NCBI GenBank assembly: GCA_964016885.1
Contig: OZ024742.1
Coordinates: 145,390,001 to 145,454,000, forward strand
Direction of reading: 5' to 3'
Source of the DNA: Eledone cirrhosa
Lineage: Eukaryota
DNA: 64,000 nt
This document shows positions 36,401-48,504 of this stretch, in pieces (position 1 is the stretch's first letter; every line of letters begins with the position of its first letter). Position numbers and translations under genes: made by a program. The notes beneath the pieces are model-generated. The model did not search any database. It worked only from the letters and a program-made list of their open reading frames with translations, and was not told where the DNA came from.

Positions 36401-37500
36401 TGTGTATGTGCGTGCAAGTGTGTTTATGTGCGTGCAAGTGTGTGTATGTGCGTGCAAGTGTGTGTATGTACGTGCAAGTGTGTGTATGTGCGTGCAAGTG
36501 TGTGTATGTACGTGCAAGTGTGTGTATGTGCGTGCAAGTGTGTGTATGTGCGTGCAAGTGTGTGTATGTGCGTGCAAGTGTGTGTATGTACGTGCAAGTG
36601 TGTGTATGTGCGTGCAAGTGTGTGTATGTACGTGTATGTGCGTGCAAGTGTGTGTATGTGCGTGCAAGTGTGTGTATGTGCGTGCAAGTGTGTGTATGTA
36701 CGTGCAAGTGTGTGTATGTGCGTGCAAGTGTGTGTATGTACGTGCAAGTGTGTGTATGTGCGTGCAAGTGTGTGTATGTACGTGCAAGTGTGTGTATGTG
36801 CGTGCAAGTGTGTGTATGTACGTGCAGGTGTGTGTATGTGCGTGCAAGTGTGTGTATGTACGTGCAAGTGTGTGTATGTGCGTGCAAGTGTGTGTATGTA
36901 CGTGCAAGTGTGTGTATGTGCGTGCAAGTGTGTTTATGTGCGTGCAAGTGTGTGTATGTGCGTGCAAGTGTGTGTATGTACGTGCAGGTGTGTGTATGTG
37001 CGTGCAAGTGTGTGTATGTACGTGCAAGTGTGTGTATGTGCGTGCAAGTGTGTGTATGTACGTGCAAGTGTGTGTATGTGCGTGCAAGTGTGTTTATGTG
37101 CGTGCAAGTGTGTGTATGTGCGTGCAAGTGTGTGTATGTACGTGCAAGTGTGTGTATGTGCGTGCAAGTGTGTGTATGTACGTGCAAGTGTGTGTATGTG
37201 CGTGCAAGTGTGTGTATGTGCGTGCAAGTGTGTGTTTGTGCGTGCAAGTGTGTGTATGTGCGTGCAAGTGTGTGTATGTGCGTGCAAGTGTGTTTATGTG
37301 CGTGCAAGTGTGTGTATGTGCGTGCAAGTGTGTGTATGTGCGTGCAAGTGTGTGTATGTGCGTGCAAGTGTGTGTATGTGCGTGCAAGTGTGTGTATGTG
37401 CGTGCAAGTGTGTGTATGTACGTGCAAGTGTGTGTATGTGCGTGCAAGTGTGTGTATGTGCGAGGCAAGTGTGTGTATGTGCGTGTAAGTGTGTGTATGT
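36401..37500. repeat. 20 bp minisatellite (tgtgtatgtRcgtgcaagtg)n, about 54 copies
   Basis: Directly visible; embedded in (TG)n. Confidence 0.97.
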
Positions 37501-37550
37501 GCGCGTGTGTGTGTGTGTGTGTGTGCGCGTGTGCGTGTGTGTGTGTGTGT

Positions 37551-37589
<39 letters not shown>

Positions 37590-37605
37590 GGGGGGGTCTG
37601 TGTGT

Positions 37606-37676
<71 letters not shown>

Positions 37677-37726
37677 TGTGTGTGTGTGTGTGTGTGTCTG
37701 TCTGTGTGTGTCTGTGTGTGTCTGTG

Positions 37727-37759
<33 letters not shown>

Positions 37760-37762
37760 CTA

Positions 37763-37822
<60 letters not shown>

Positions 37823-38109
37823 CTGATTATTAAATCAGACCAAGGAAACAACGTTTCCATTGGTTTTTCTGTTGCTGACACTATCTGCTGGTCACCATTC
37901 ATGGCAGAAGGAGGCGGGATTTGAACTCAGGATAAATCAGATACCGCAAGCATCCTGTCCAACTCTTTAACAATTCTGCCAATCCATCACTCCCCCTTGA
38001 TTGGTAGATTATCTATTGACACCGATACATGCATGTATATCGCATAAGATAGATGCACGAGTGTATAAGTGCATATATATATATGTGTATGTGTGTGTGT
38101 ATTGTTATG

Positions 38110-38715
38110 CTTTGGGAGGGTCATGTTGCCAATGAAAACACACGCACCTGTTAAATTTTCTGTTGGTTGGTTAGTTCGATAGCTGGAAGGTTGTTTATAT
38201 ATTGTCAAAGCTCTTTCGTCACACATTCTGTGACCTCCTCATGGACTAGGTTGTTATTTTGTGTGTCTCTCCTTTGTTCTGTAGTGTTCTTTGTTCTGTG
38301 GTGTAGGACACCATCTTGTTTTCGTGTGTTGTTTGTTGTGTGCTTAGTTTGCGCATGCGTTACATCCGGGTGTGTGTTTTTATTTATTTATTTATGCGTT
38401 TATTTATTTGTCACTAGTTGGTTGTTTGTTCTATCTGTGTGTGTCTGATTTGTTTTGTTAGTTTGGTTTTTGTGTGTGTCTGTATGTCTTCATTTTGTCC
38501 TTAATTACTAGTTGTGATGTTGCTATTCCTTTCATGGTTTCTGTTTAATTTTGGTTGGAGTTCGTTTATGTTTGTCGCCTCTGTGATTTGTCTAAGCATT
38601 GCATCTTTTCTGTGTGTGGATATAATTTTTATCTCTATGTTCTCTAATGTGCCCCTATGTTCTATTTTGGCATTTTGGTGGAGTACTGATGAGTTTTTCC
38701 CATCCTGGAAACATG
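38110..38715 (-). mobile_element. Penelope-like element 3' fragment (GIY-YIG C-terminus plus pLTR with decayed hammerhead)
   Basis: SSVLHQNAKIEH...IKII...LRQITEATNINELQPKLN fits the PLE endonuclease C-terminus; downstream gtccATGAGGAg-gtcaca gaatg tgtgac-GAAAGAGCTT-tgac at 38246-38204. Confidence 0.7.
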
Positions 38716-38807
38716 CGCCCCCCCCCCCCCCCCCCCCCAAAGTATAACAATATCTGTTTCAACACACGTTTTCAGATAAGAAATCTTGCAAAACAAATTC
38801 GAAAATG

Positions 38808-38871
<64 letters not shown>

Positions 38872-39239
38872 GGTGTCCCAAAAAAAACATCTGCACACTT
38901 CAACATTCTAATAAATATCTATATACATCTTTTGGGGACATCTTATATATATGTGATATATATGTGTGTATGTGTGTGTACATAAGCTTACGTATACTTA
39001 CACATATCAACGATACACAAAACACACATACACATACATACACAAAGGAGAAGTAATGCACATCCACGAAATGCACTCCATCTGCACACACCTAAATGTA
39101 CCTGTGACACACCTGTACTCACCATCTCGGCCCCACACACACACACACCGGGCTATTCGCCTGCTCTTCTCACCCATCTTAAATAATTGTTTATTTTTTC
39201 TCTCCAGCCTTCCAACTTTCTCTCTCTCGGAATGTTACT

Positions 39240-39277
39240 CTTTCCTGAAGAAGGACTTATGTCCAATACGTTGAAAG
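39240..39277 (+). ncRNA. Decayed type I hammerhead (probably inactive)
   Basis: ctttc-CTGAAGA-a-ggac ttat gtcc-AATA (for GAAA)-cgtt-gaaag. Confidence 0.5.
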
Positions 39278-39365
39278 ATATATTTACTTCCTTCATCTTC
39301 ATTCTCAAGTGTGAACCTAATAAGACTGTGTTTTTGCATCTCTGTGTTTGTTTCGTTTATTCTTT

Positions 39366-39367
<2 letters not shown>

Positions 39368-39449
<82 letters not shown>

Positions 39450-39485
39450 GTGTCTGTGTGTGTCTGTGTGTGTCTGTGTGTCTGT

Positions 39486-39519
<34 letters not shown>

Positions 39520-39591
39520 CTGTCTGTCTGTGTCTGTGTGTGTCTGTGTGTGTCTGTGTGTGTCTATGTGTGTGTATGTGTATGTGTGTGC

Positions 39592-39635
<44 letters not shown>

Positions 39636-39786
39636 GTCTGTGTGTATATGTGTGTGTGTCTGTCTGTGTGTGTCTGTCTGTGTGTGTCTGTGTGTGTCTG
39701 TGTGTGTCTGTGTGTGTCTGTGTCTGTCTGTGTGTGTCTATGTGTGTCTGTGTGTGTCTGTGTGTGTCTGTGCCTATGTGTCTGTG

Positions 39787-39817
<31 letters not shown>

Positions 39818-39844
39818 ATCTATGTGCGTGTGTCTGTATGTGTG
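39368..39844. repeat. (TG)n/(TGTC)n microsatellite
   Basis: Directly visible. Confidence 0.97.
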
Positions 39845-41148
39845 ATCTGCACGATAACCGTACCTTGTACATTCTTTAAAGTGTTTGCTGTCATAAAGTG
39901 TCGGGGGGACTTTTTATGTGTAAATGACATGACACTTCCTTCCCCGCTAAGTGTTGGTCACATGATTAAATGCATTCAGTAGAGTACAAGGACGATCCAT
40001 CTGGGAGGTCAGTAGCTAGCCTTGAGTACTGACTTGGTCTGATATAACTCACTATACCCCTGCTAACACGGAAAATGGACGTTAAATGATTATGATAATG
40101 ATGATGATTCCATGTGCATGAATACTGTAGTTGAGCATGTACATATGAGTGAGTGTGTACAAGTATGTATATTATCATGAAGTTCCTAGTTAATGGCAGC
40201 GCTGACCTAAAACCTATATACGTAGAGTAGTTCTATGTGTCAGATATCGCAACCCCCATCACTATCACCACCTGTATTACAACCACAACTCTTATCACCA
40301 CAATTACCACCTACTATAATCACAATTACACCTTTATCACTCGTGCACCACTACTATCACAACCACACCATCATCGCTACCACTACCACCATCTGACGAT
40401 CACACCAGCACTACCTCCACCACCGCAATCACCGCCACCGCAACTATCACTATCACTACCACCAAAACCATTCATGTCAGATGTAATCAATGAAAAACAT
40501 TGACGAAGTGGTGCTGTTCATAAGATTATTTGTATGTTATATTGATAAGATAATTAGTGTGCTATTGTGATAAGAAAATTGGATGTTATTGTAATACAAT
40601 AGAGAAGGAACATTCACCATGTCTCCTTAAAACAAATGGTTTTCAACCATTTGTTTTAACCTATGGACCTCTTGGATTCCTATTTTACTCACGTAGACCT
40701 CTATATCCATTCAAGGTTTAAAAAATCCTATTGCATTTGTATAATTAAACAAAACAGCGGTGGATTGGCAGCAGCGGTAGAGCGTCACACAACAAGCTTT
40801 GCGGCATAGTTATGGCTTAGCGAAAATACTGGGTTGTGTAAATGTAACAAGGAGACATGGTTTGTGTGTATAATATTTAATCAACAATTTAACAGTATAG
40901 TTGACATGTCAATGAATAAACGAAAGAATGAAGCAAAGTTAGTAGTTACCGTTTTGATTGCCAGGCAAACGCAGGCTGGCAGAAGACGCCTGGCGAAGGC
41001 CAGGCGCCGGAAGGGCAAATGAGAGAGAGGGAACTGAAAGTTCTTCGTTTTATAGGGTTCTGCCGGAAGTGATAAAAAGGGTTCTATCACCCCGACGGGA
41101 AGCAACTCCAACTACTTCCCGTCTAGAGAGCGTGACTCCTGCTACATA

Positions 41149-41160
41149 ACCTCCCGCCAG
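41149..41160 (-). promoter_or_regulatory. Polypurine tract
   Basis: ctggcgggaggtta immediately precedes the 3' LTR start TGTAGC on the minus strand. Confidence 0.7.
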
Positions 41161-42426
41161 AATTTTAGAATATAAAAATCGAATGAAATATGTATGTAGC
41201 AGGTTGGCGAGAATGTTGTAACGGGCATGAAAATTACGAAAAAAAAATAATGTTTGCAAAAATCAATGATAGAAATCAAGGTAGCCAACCGCTCTTGGCC
41301 AGAGAACGACTGGACATCTATCTATCCATCACCCAAAGATACAATGTAATAAAGTAAGAGAAGAGCTCAAAGTTCAAATGTACAAAATATAGTTCACAGG
41401 TGTGCAATCACATGACAGCAGGAAAGAAAGTGTGTTCCAGAGAATGAATGCAGATGGTTTCTGTTCTGTGGTATATCGTGAAATTTCCAACCTCCGAATG
41501 GATTTTCTCGCAGGAAGAGTGCTGCAAAAATAAATTACTGGCTTGTTCTGCTGGTTTTGGTTGTTGATTAAGCTGTGTTGCTGTTGATGTTGTTTCTTGC
41601 GGTGTGAGCGTATTCGGTGTTTAAATTCACAGTAAAAAAAAATGTTTCAAGAAAAAAATGAGTTGCGCAAAGTGCTAGAAATAACAGCCGAAGTTGATGG
41701 TCGATGTTGAGAATGCGTTGACCTGGAAGGGTCAAGAGGCCAGCGACCAAAGAAATAAGCATTCTGAATAAATGCGCAGTTTTCAACGGCAAATTTACGT
41801 GGTAAATTTTTAAACCGGCAAATAGGAGAATATAGCTTAAGGCTGAAGAAGCCTTGGCGAGAAACGTTATCTCTGGCGTGCAGCTATCTCTGTGAGTCGA
41901 GAATTTGTGCTGCCTACACGTGCCAATACAAGATTAAGTTAGGTTTAAAAAATAATATTTCTAACGCGCGAGAAAATGATAGTGCAAGTGTGAAAGTGAC
42001 AATGATGAAAAAGAAAGGCTTCACTTAGCATAATTATTGGTGTGAACTTTGGAAAAAAAAAACTTGAACGATGAAGAAAACGATGAAATAAAAAAGGCAA
42101 TGGTTCATCGAAAATAAATGTTCCTGTTAAAATGTTTCTAAAAAAAAATATCAAATTTCTTTTTTTTTTTTTTTTTTTTTGAAAGTGTTCGTTGTAAGAA
42201 ACGAGAAACATATATATATATCGTGAAATACGACAGTTAGTTGATGCGTGAGAGAAAAAGTCTGTCTGTGCGAAAATTTCACATGTGCGTGGTGTGTTCG
42301 TTTCTTTGACTGAGTATTTTCATAGTTTGTCAATAAATTTGCTGTGTATTCATAATGTTACTCACACAACACCAGATTCTGCTATTTTTTTCTTTTTTAG
42401 GGGTGACCACTTATAGCGATGAACGT

Positions 42427-42444
42427 ATCACGTCGGGGTCACCA
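42427..42444 (-). promoter_or_regulatory. Primer binding site complementary to tRNA-Trp
   Basis: Minus strand TGGTGACCCCGACGTGAT is the 18 nt complement of the tRNA-Trp 3' end (ATCACGTCGGGGTCACCA), just inside the 5' LTR. Confidence 0.92.
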
Positions 42445-43137
42445 ATTTAGCGAAAATACTGGGTTGTGTAAATGTAACAAGGAGACATGGTTTGTGTGTA
42501 TAATATTTAATCAACAATTTAACAGTATAGTTGACATGTCAATGAATAAACGAAAGAATGAAGCAAAGTTAGTAGTTACCGTTTTGATTGCCAGGCAAAC
42601 GCAGGCTGGCAGAAGACGCCTGGCGAAGGCCAGGCGCCGGAAGGGCAAATGAGAGAGAGGGAACTGAAAGTTCTTCGTTTTATAGGGTTCTGCCGGAAGT
42701 GATAAAAAGGGTTCTATCACCCCGACGAGAAGCAACTCCAACTACTTCCCGTCTAGAGAGCGTGACTCCTGCTACAGCCCTTTATAGCCTGAGTACAAAA
42801 TCCCGCCGAGGTTAGCTTTGCCTTTCATCCTTACGAGGTCGATAATCGATTTTCCCCTGCCCAAAATTGCTGGCCTTGTGCCTATAGTAGAAATCATAAT
42901 TAGATATTATTGGGTTTGTATAAAAAACAAATTGTATTGTAGAAGTATAACCAATTTATTGCACATGAATTTTAACAACTAACTAAATTCTATGGAAAAT
43001 GAATGTTCACTAGTAAAATAAGTCATAAATATACAAGGACATGTTGATTTAACAAAGATACTACTTTGGTACTACTTTATTCAATACAAGCCTTGTGATT
43101 CATGCTGTTCAGATAATCTTGCAATATTCTATCCAAG

Positions 43138-43353
43138 GGAAGTGGATTGGCAGCATCGGTAGAGTGACGGACGCCATGCTTTGCAGCATAGAGTTAGGGC
43201 CCTTTGCGTTCTGAGTTCAAATCCCGTCGAGGTCAGCTTTACCTTTCGTCCTTACGGGGTCGATAAAATAAAGCACCAGTAATACACTAGGGTCGATTTA
43301 ATCGACTTTCCCTTCCCCTAAATTGTTGGCCTTGTGCCTAAACCAGAAACTAA
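43138..43353 (+). mobile_element. tRNA-derived SINE (family 1)
   Basis: Same A/B boxes and body as the 10296 and 20003 copies; further copies at ~20586, 31240 (-), 35925, 36043, 45226 and 49953. Confidence 0.85.
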
Positions 43354-43354
43354 T

Positions 43355-44490
43355 ATTCTGCTCCATCGTTATCAATGATTTTCGAATATCACCTCTTTGT
43401 ACAATGTCGAAACGATTACAAGCTTTTAATCGTGAATTGGAGACACGATTGAAACCAGATTCAACAAAGTAAAAATGAAAGAAATAGAGTAACGTACAAC
43501 TGTGCTTTCTTCCAGTGTAGTGGATATCTTTTAGTAGTGTCACTTTTTCTCCATACATTACACCTCCCATATTTGAATCTTGTTTGGAATATTTCGTCAC
43601 TTTGCAATTCAATATGATTCTCCTGTATACAGATATGTGGTAAATTTAACTTAACTAGGTCGTTAAACCAAGCAAGTTTTTCAATGTTCTGCATACACTG
43701 CAAGGTTATCATCGTGCAGGTTACTGCTAATCGATTCCAAACTAGGAAATTGTAATAATGCACCACCTACGATATTCATTTTCCAAGGTTGTCGACCAGA
43801 AATGAGACAATAGAGTCCCAAAGTATAACATAACGACGTAAACAATTACTTTTTGATAACCATCTTACTTCTGTATGAATTACAATGCGTTCAAACTCTT
43901 CTCTGTTTTCATTACAGAATTCATTAGTTTGATTTAATGTGGTTAACCTCATTTATTACAATATTAAAGACATCATACAGACGTCCATTTAATTGTTTTG
44001 CAACTAAGTGTCGCCGGTGTATCACACAGTGTGTTTGCAAAATACTTCAGGCACAGCGTTTTTAAATACGCGATAAAGCCTCTGCATCTGCCTATCATCG
44101 ATAAAGCACCATTATTAGCACAAGCCATTATATTTTTTAGTAGAACATTATCATCCACGAAATAAATGATGTATTTAAAGATTATTTCGCCTTTACTACC
44201 TGTTTTGATACTTCTGGCAAAAAGCATTTCCTTTCTGAGACCATTATCATCCAAATATCGAACATATGCCAATAAAATAGCTATATTATTTTTCAGGGCA
44301 GATTGATCCAGTTTCTTTGCTCACAATTTAACTACTAGTTATTTTTCTACATCCTCAGCACCATTAATGCACCGCGACACTGATGAGTTGCTTAAGAAAT
44401 GATACTAACAATTTCACTTCCATTTGATTTCATAACTGTTAAAATTATAACAGATACTGCTGGAAAAATTACAGTTTCACCAATATTATA
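43355..44490 (-). pseudogene. hAT transposase remnant (ZBED8/SCAND3-like)
   Basis: LAYVRY...EMLFA...KGEIIF...ACANNGALSMIGRCRGFIAYLK; C-terminal FVESGFNRV...NRFDIVQRGDIR. Confidence 0.8.
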
Positions 44491-46026
44491 TTAAGATGCC
44501 AGTAAACCATAATCATTTTTACATACTAAGTAACTGACGCACTTTTTCTCTTGCTTGAAATGCACCGTGTAGCTCTCTAAAGTATTCTATTTAATTCAAA
44601 AGAGTAATATTCACAGTTGTATAAATAACATTACAAATATTTTGAAATATATACATAAATATATACATAAATGACATTACAAATGCGTAAATAATATTAT
44701 GAATTACTCGCAATTCGTTGTTTTTATTTTGTTGGTTTGTTTTTTGTCTGCTTCGTCTCTAAATGGACTTTAAGCTTCATGTTATAATTTTACAGTACAT
44801 CCATATATATGAAACATTGGTTTCGCTTCATTCTGTGGTTTCTTTCTCTAATGCTTAAGATATTTCAATATAGTAAAGTTCCTGCTTTTATTTGGCTAAG
44901 TAAATAGTGTAGTGATATTTGTATTTATTTGGCTAAGTAAATAGAGTATTGATATTTGTATTTATTTGAAATTTAATTTAGGTATTTCAACATTTATATA
45001 TTGCAAATTTAGCTTTTATTGTTTGTATTATTTCTTCAAACCTTTTATATTATTTTGATTTAAAACTATTTATATTTCCAACTTAAATCTTTAAGTTATA
45101 TTTATTTTTTGTTGCAAAATTAATATTATTCAGACCTGTGAACTCTCCCCGTCCAGCGGGGAGATCTCCCACCCAAATTGGGTTGGTGAGGAATGTGTTC
45201 TCTTGTGAAAATGAGTATAGCTTTCTAGAGGGTTGGACGCCATGCTTTCCAGCATAGTTACGTCCCTTTACGGTCTGAGTTCAAATTCAGTCGAGGTTAA
45301 CTTTGCCTTTCATCCTTACGGGGTCGATAAAATAAAGTACCAGTAATGTACTGGGTAATTGCTGGCCTTGTGCCAAAATTAGAAACAATTATGTAAAATC
45401 TCCCCATTTTGTCTCATTTCTCCCCGTTTTGGGGCACTCCTTTTCATGGTGCTCCCCATTTGGATTTTTAAAGGTTGGCAGGCCTGAGTATTAATTATAA
45501 TTGTAGTTATTAAGAAAGTTTATTATTAAACGGCATGTCATATTTGTGTAATTTCATTTATATCTTACCAGATTACCCATAACTCTTCTGACTACAAAGA
45601 CAGTATCCCGTTCAGTATCTGGAGCGAAACAACTAGGTTGCTTTCTCTGACGCTTAAGATATTTTCTTGCAATACGCCTAAATCAAAATGTGTTCACGGA
45701 CTCCTGAAATATTACCATGGACCCTCAGTTTGCTTATATGGATCTCCATGGGTCATATGGACCCCGTTTGCGAACCACTGCCTTAGATCGTCCAACACTT
45801 TCCACATACACATAGAAAGTACCGTAGATCCCTAACTCAGTAAGGAAGCCCCTATTTTGCATTCTGTCCACAGTTCTGTATTATGTTTGCACATCTAGTT
45901 GGAAGTCGGCACCACCAACGTTTTACTGTGTCTATAATCAGGATATTTAACCCTCAATGATCCAGTCCACTTAGTTAAAAGTAGGTCCCATCAGCTCGAC
46001 ACTATGTCCAAGGCTAAAACACTTTA

Positions 46027-46251
46027 CACTTTTGATACCAAACTGTTTGAAACCGTCCCTGCTTATACAATACGTGGTTGTTTGTTTTATAAGGGATATA
46101 TTTATCTAAAAAACCTAAGTTTATATCAGAACATTTAAGTTATGCTTCAAACATCGGTTTAATAATGAGAAAGTTAGTTATAATACTAAATCCCTCCAAA
46201 TCTTGAAAATCAGAGGCAATGTCTTTGATTAGAAATATGGTATCAAAAGGG
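46027..46251. mobile_element. piggyBac-like MITE
   Basis: TIRs cacttttgatacca / tggtatcaaaaggg followed by TTAA; the left TTAA is decayed. A similar left end occurs at ~63003. Confidence 0.6.
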
Positions 46252-46629
46252 TTAACTTTAATCAGTCAAGTACATGAAACTGTAAATACACACCATAGCG
46301 TTGCACTATATACACATTTAACCTTAAACAGCCGCGTCTTTAAGCAGGTACGATTCAGTGCTGCACAGTGCTGCACTATCTCTTTCTTAGCACTTAACTG
46401 TCCAGTACACCTTGTTGTTCTCGTAAATATTTGTGTCGCTGCACATAGTCATATCTAACTGTAATTAGTTATCACAATTTTCAACCACTCAGCATACTTA
46501 ACTGTAGCATGCACCATCATTATCACAGCACCATCACCATACCCAAGATATTTAACTGTCTATACCTAAGTTACTGTATATCCTCGGAGTCAGTCCTTGT
46601 TCCAAATTCTCAGGAGACTGAGCTGATGC

Positions 46630-47060
46630 TTTTTCCTGTTGCCAGGTGGCCTGCTCAGTCTGAATGGGCTCCACATATCCTTTACTCTCATAGTTGGAGC
46701 TGATGTTTGTGAGTAACTAAATACCAATGTAATAAGTCCCTTGATTATATGGGTTTTCATGGATTGTCATTTCATTTAAATGCAGATCTCTTTACTCATC
46801 ACATTGAATTGAACAGAATAATGAAGCGGGCCTTAACCAAAGTCAATATCCCCTCAATTCTGAAGCCAACTGTTGGGGAAAATTACTCTTCTCCCATATG
46901 CCGCATATGGGAGGTCACATTTTGCTACTTCTCACATCTTGTGGTTACATACGGAGCCAAACGGAACAAAATGTTGAAATACTATGAACTATTGGCAAAC
47001 TTTTCTTTCAGCCTGTTGGATTCAAGATGTTTGGGGAAACTGGACTGCTAACAACGAGCT
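46630..47060 (+). mobile_element. CRE-like LINE fragment (family B), decayed
   Basis: GFHGLSFHLNA...HIELNRIMKRALTKVNIPSILKP is homologous to ~52300-52420. Confidence 0.7.
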
Positions 47061-47144
47061 GTTTTGTTAGTTCTAGAACTCAGAGCTTTGGACAATTTAC
47101 AGTCAAAGTATATTTTATTTTCGATTCTGTTTTTAATCAATCAG

Positions 47145-47800
47145 ATCAACTCTACAGTGATGCCTGGCTCAACGCAGTTCCATCGATTGCGACAGGCACT
47201 CAGCTGGACAGCAACTGCTTGCGCATCGGTGTTTCCAAGAGGTTCGACCTCCGGATAAGTGAGCCTCACAAATGCCATTGTGGTTCCACTGTGGATTCTT
47301 TCGGTCTCCACCCACTGTGATGCCGTTATAGTGCTGGGTGCCTCCCACTGCATGCTGCTTTCAACGAGATTATAAAGCATGGTCTGGACGGCATAGGCTT
47401 CGTTTCCCAGCTTGAGCCTGCGGGGCTGGACCAAGGGGACAGAAAAAGGTCAGACAGCATGACAATCTTTCGGTTCCGCGGGGCTAGACCTCTCATCTGG
47501 GATGCTACATATTGTGACACCTTCTCTAGCAGCAACCTGGTGCGTTGGGCTACCAGCCCAAGCTTTGCTGCCCGCCGGGCCGAAGAGGGCAAAAGTATTT
47601 GCCGCTCTCTGATAGGTTGAGCCTGTAGTGTGGAGACTTCTGGCGTCCTTGACCCCCGGACCACATCCCTACTCACTGCTATAGGGTCGGAGTTGGCTGA
47701 CCGCAGAGATGGAAAGGCTGTTCCTGCGCCTCTCCCTCGCCATCCTCCGGACCAATGTCTTCTCCATCCCTTCGACCGGGGCCACAAGGCGGACGACATA
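47145..47800 (+). mobile_element. CRE-like LINE RLE fragment (family A)
   Basis: SDAWLNAVP...LRIGV..R..LRISEPHKCHCG...FNEIIK...LEPAGL...LIWDATYCDTF...VETSG. Confidence 0.85.
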
Positions 47801-48504
47801 TTAGAGTAGGAGTAGGATGGCAATCTTCAGAAGGATTAATAATGTTGATACATACACTCACACACATCAGCCTATGTGATATAAATTCCTGTATTTTAAG
47901 AATTATTTTGTAATGAAATAATAAATATTATCAACGCATTGACACACACAAATAAAAACAAGACAAACACAAGGTGTCGCTTACTTTCTGCAAAAGCTAA
48001 ATTATCCGTTGCGTGCGAGGACAATCAGTAGCTTACTTAGTCCGGATGAGCTCCGTATCTCCATCACTCAAACTATCGGGGTCGATGTATGTGGAGATTG
48101 AAGTATCAATGTGGTAACCCCAACACCCAAGGGCGGTGGAAGCATTAATTCTCAATTGGGGGTGACAAATTTTGTCAATTTAGTTGTGGTGATTAGTTTA
48201 GCTCTTTGCACTTTAATATGGTGAGAAAACTTCGATATGCGATAAACATAACATGTGCATAAATTGTAGCGCATATCCAAATAGATGTGTGTTTTAGTAG
48301 TTTGGGGAGAAAAATATAATTATGGGGGGGGGGGGGGTGCATGATCCTACACCTACCCAACACCCACCCCCGCCCCGCTGGCCCTCCCCAGTTTAACCAC
48401 CCTTCATAAATATATATATATATATAATGAAGGAGTTGTGGTAAGGAACTAGATGGACCATAACGCACCAGAGTACTCAATAATTAGGGTAGTAGAGTGG
48501 GTAA

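Larger units (their letters stand above)
40817..42776 (-). mobile_element. Non-autonomous LTR retrotransposon (TRIM/LARD-like): 330 bp LTRs and ~1.3 kb non-coding interior, inserted in a SINE
   Basis: LTRs 40817-41146 and 42447-42776 differ at one visible site; PBS and PPT are present; host SINE halves at 40757-40816 and 42777-42895. Confidence 0.93.
40633..45780 (-). mobile_element. hAT (Buster/Charlie-type) DNA transposon, decayed, hosting nested insertions
   Basis: TIRs caaatggttttcaacc / gtttgcgaaccactg; flanks CCTTAAAA and CCTTAGAT (nnnTAnnn, 6/8 match); internal transposase remnants. Confidence 0.7.

Noticed and set aside
36330-37924. Long ORFs of 365-518 aa, and similar VCVC/HTHT/YIHT ORFs at 17.5, 22.4, 32.1 and 39.3 kb
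   Set aside because: Stop-free translations of micro- and minisatellites.
45131-45486. Possible MITE (cagacctg...caggcctg)
   Set aside because: Short imperfect TIRs and no matching TSD.
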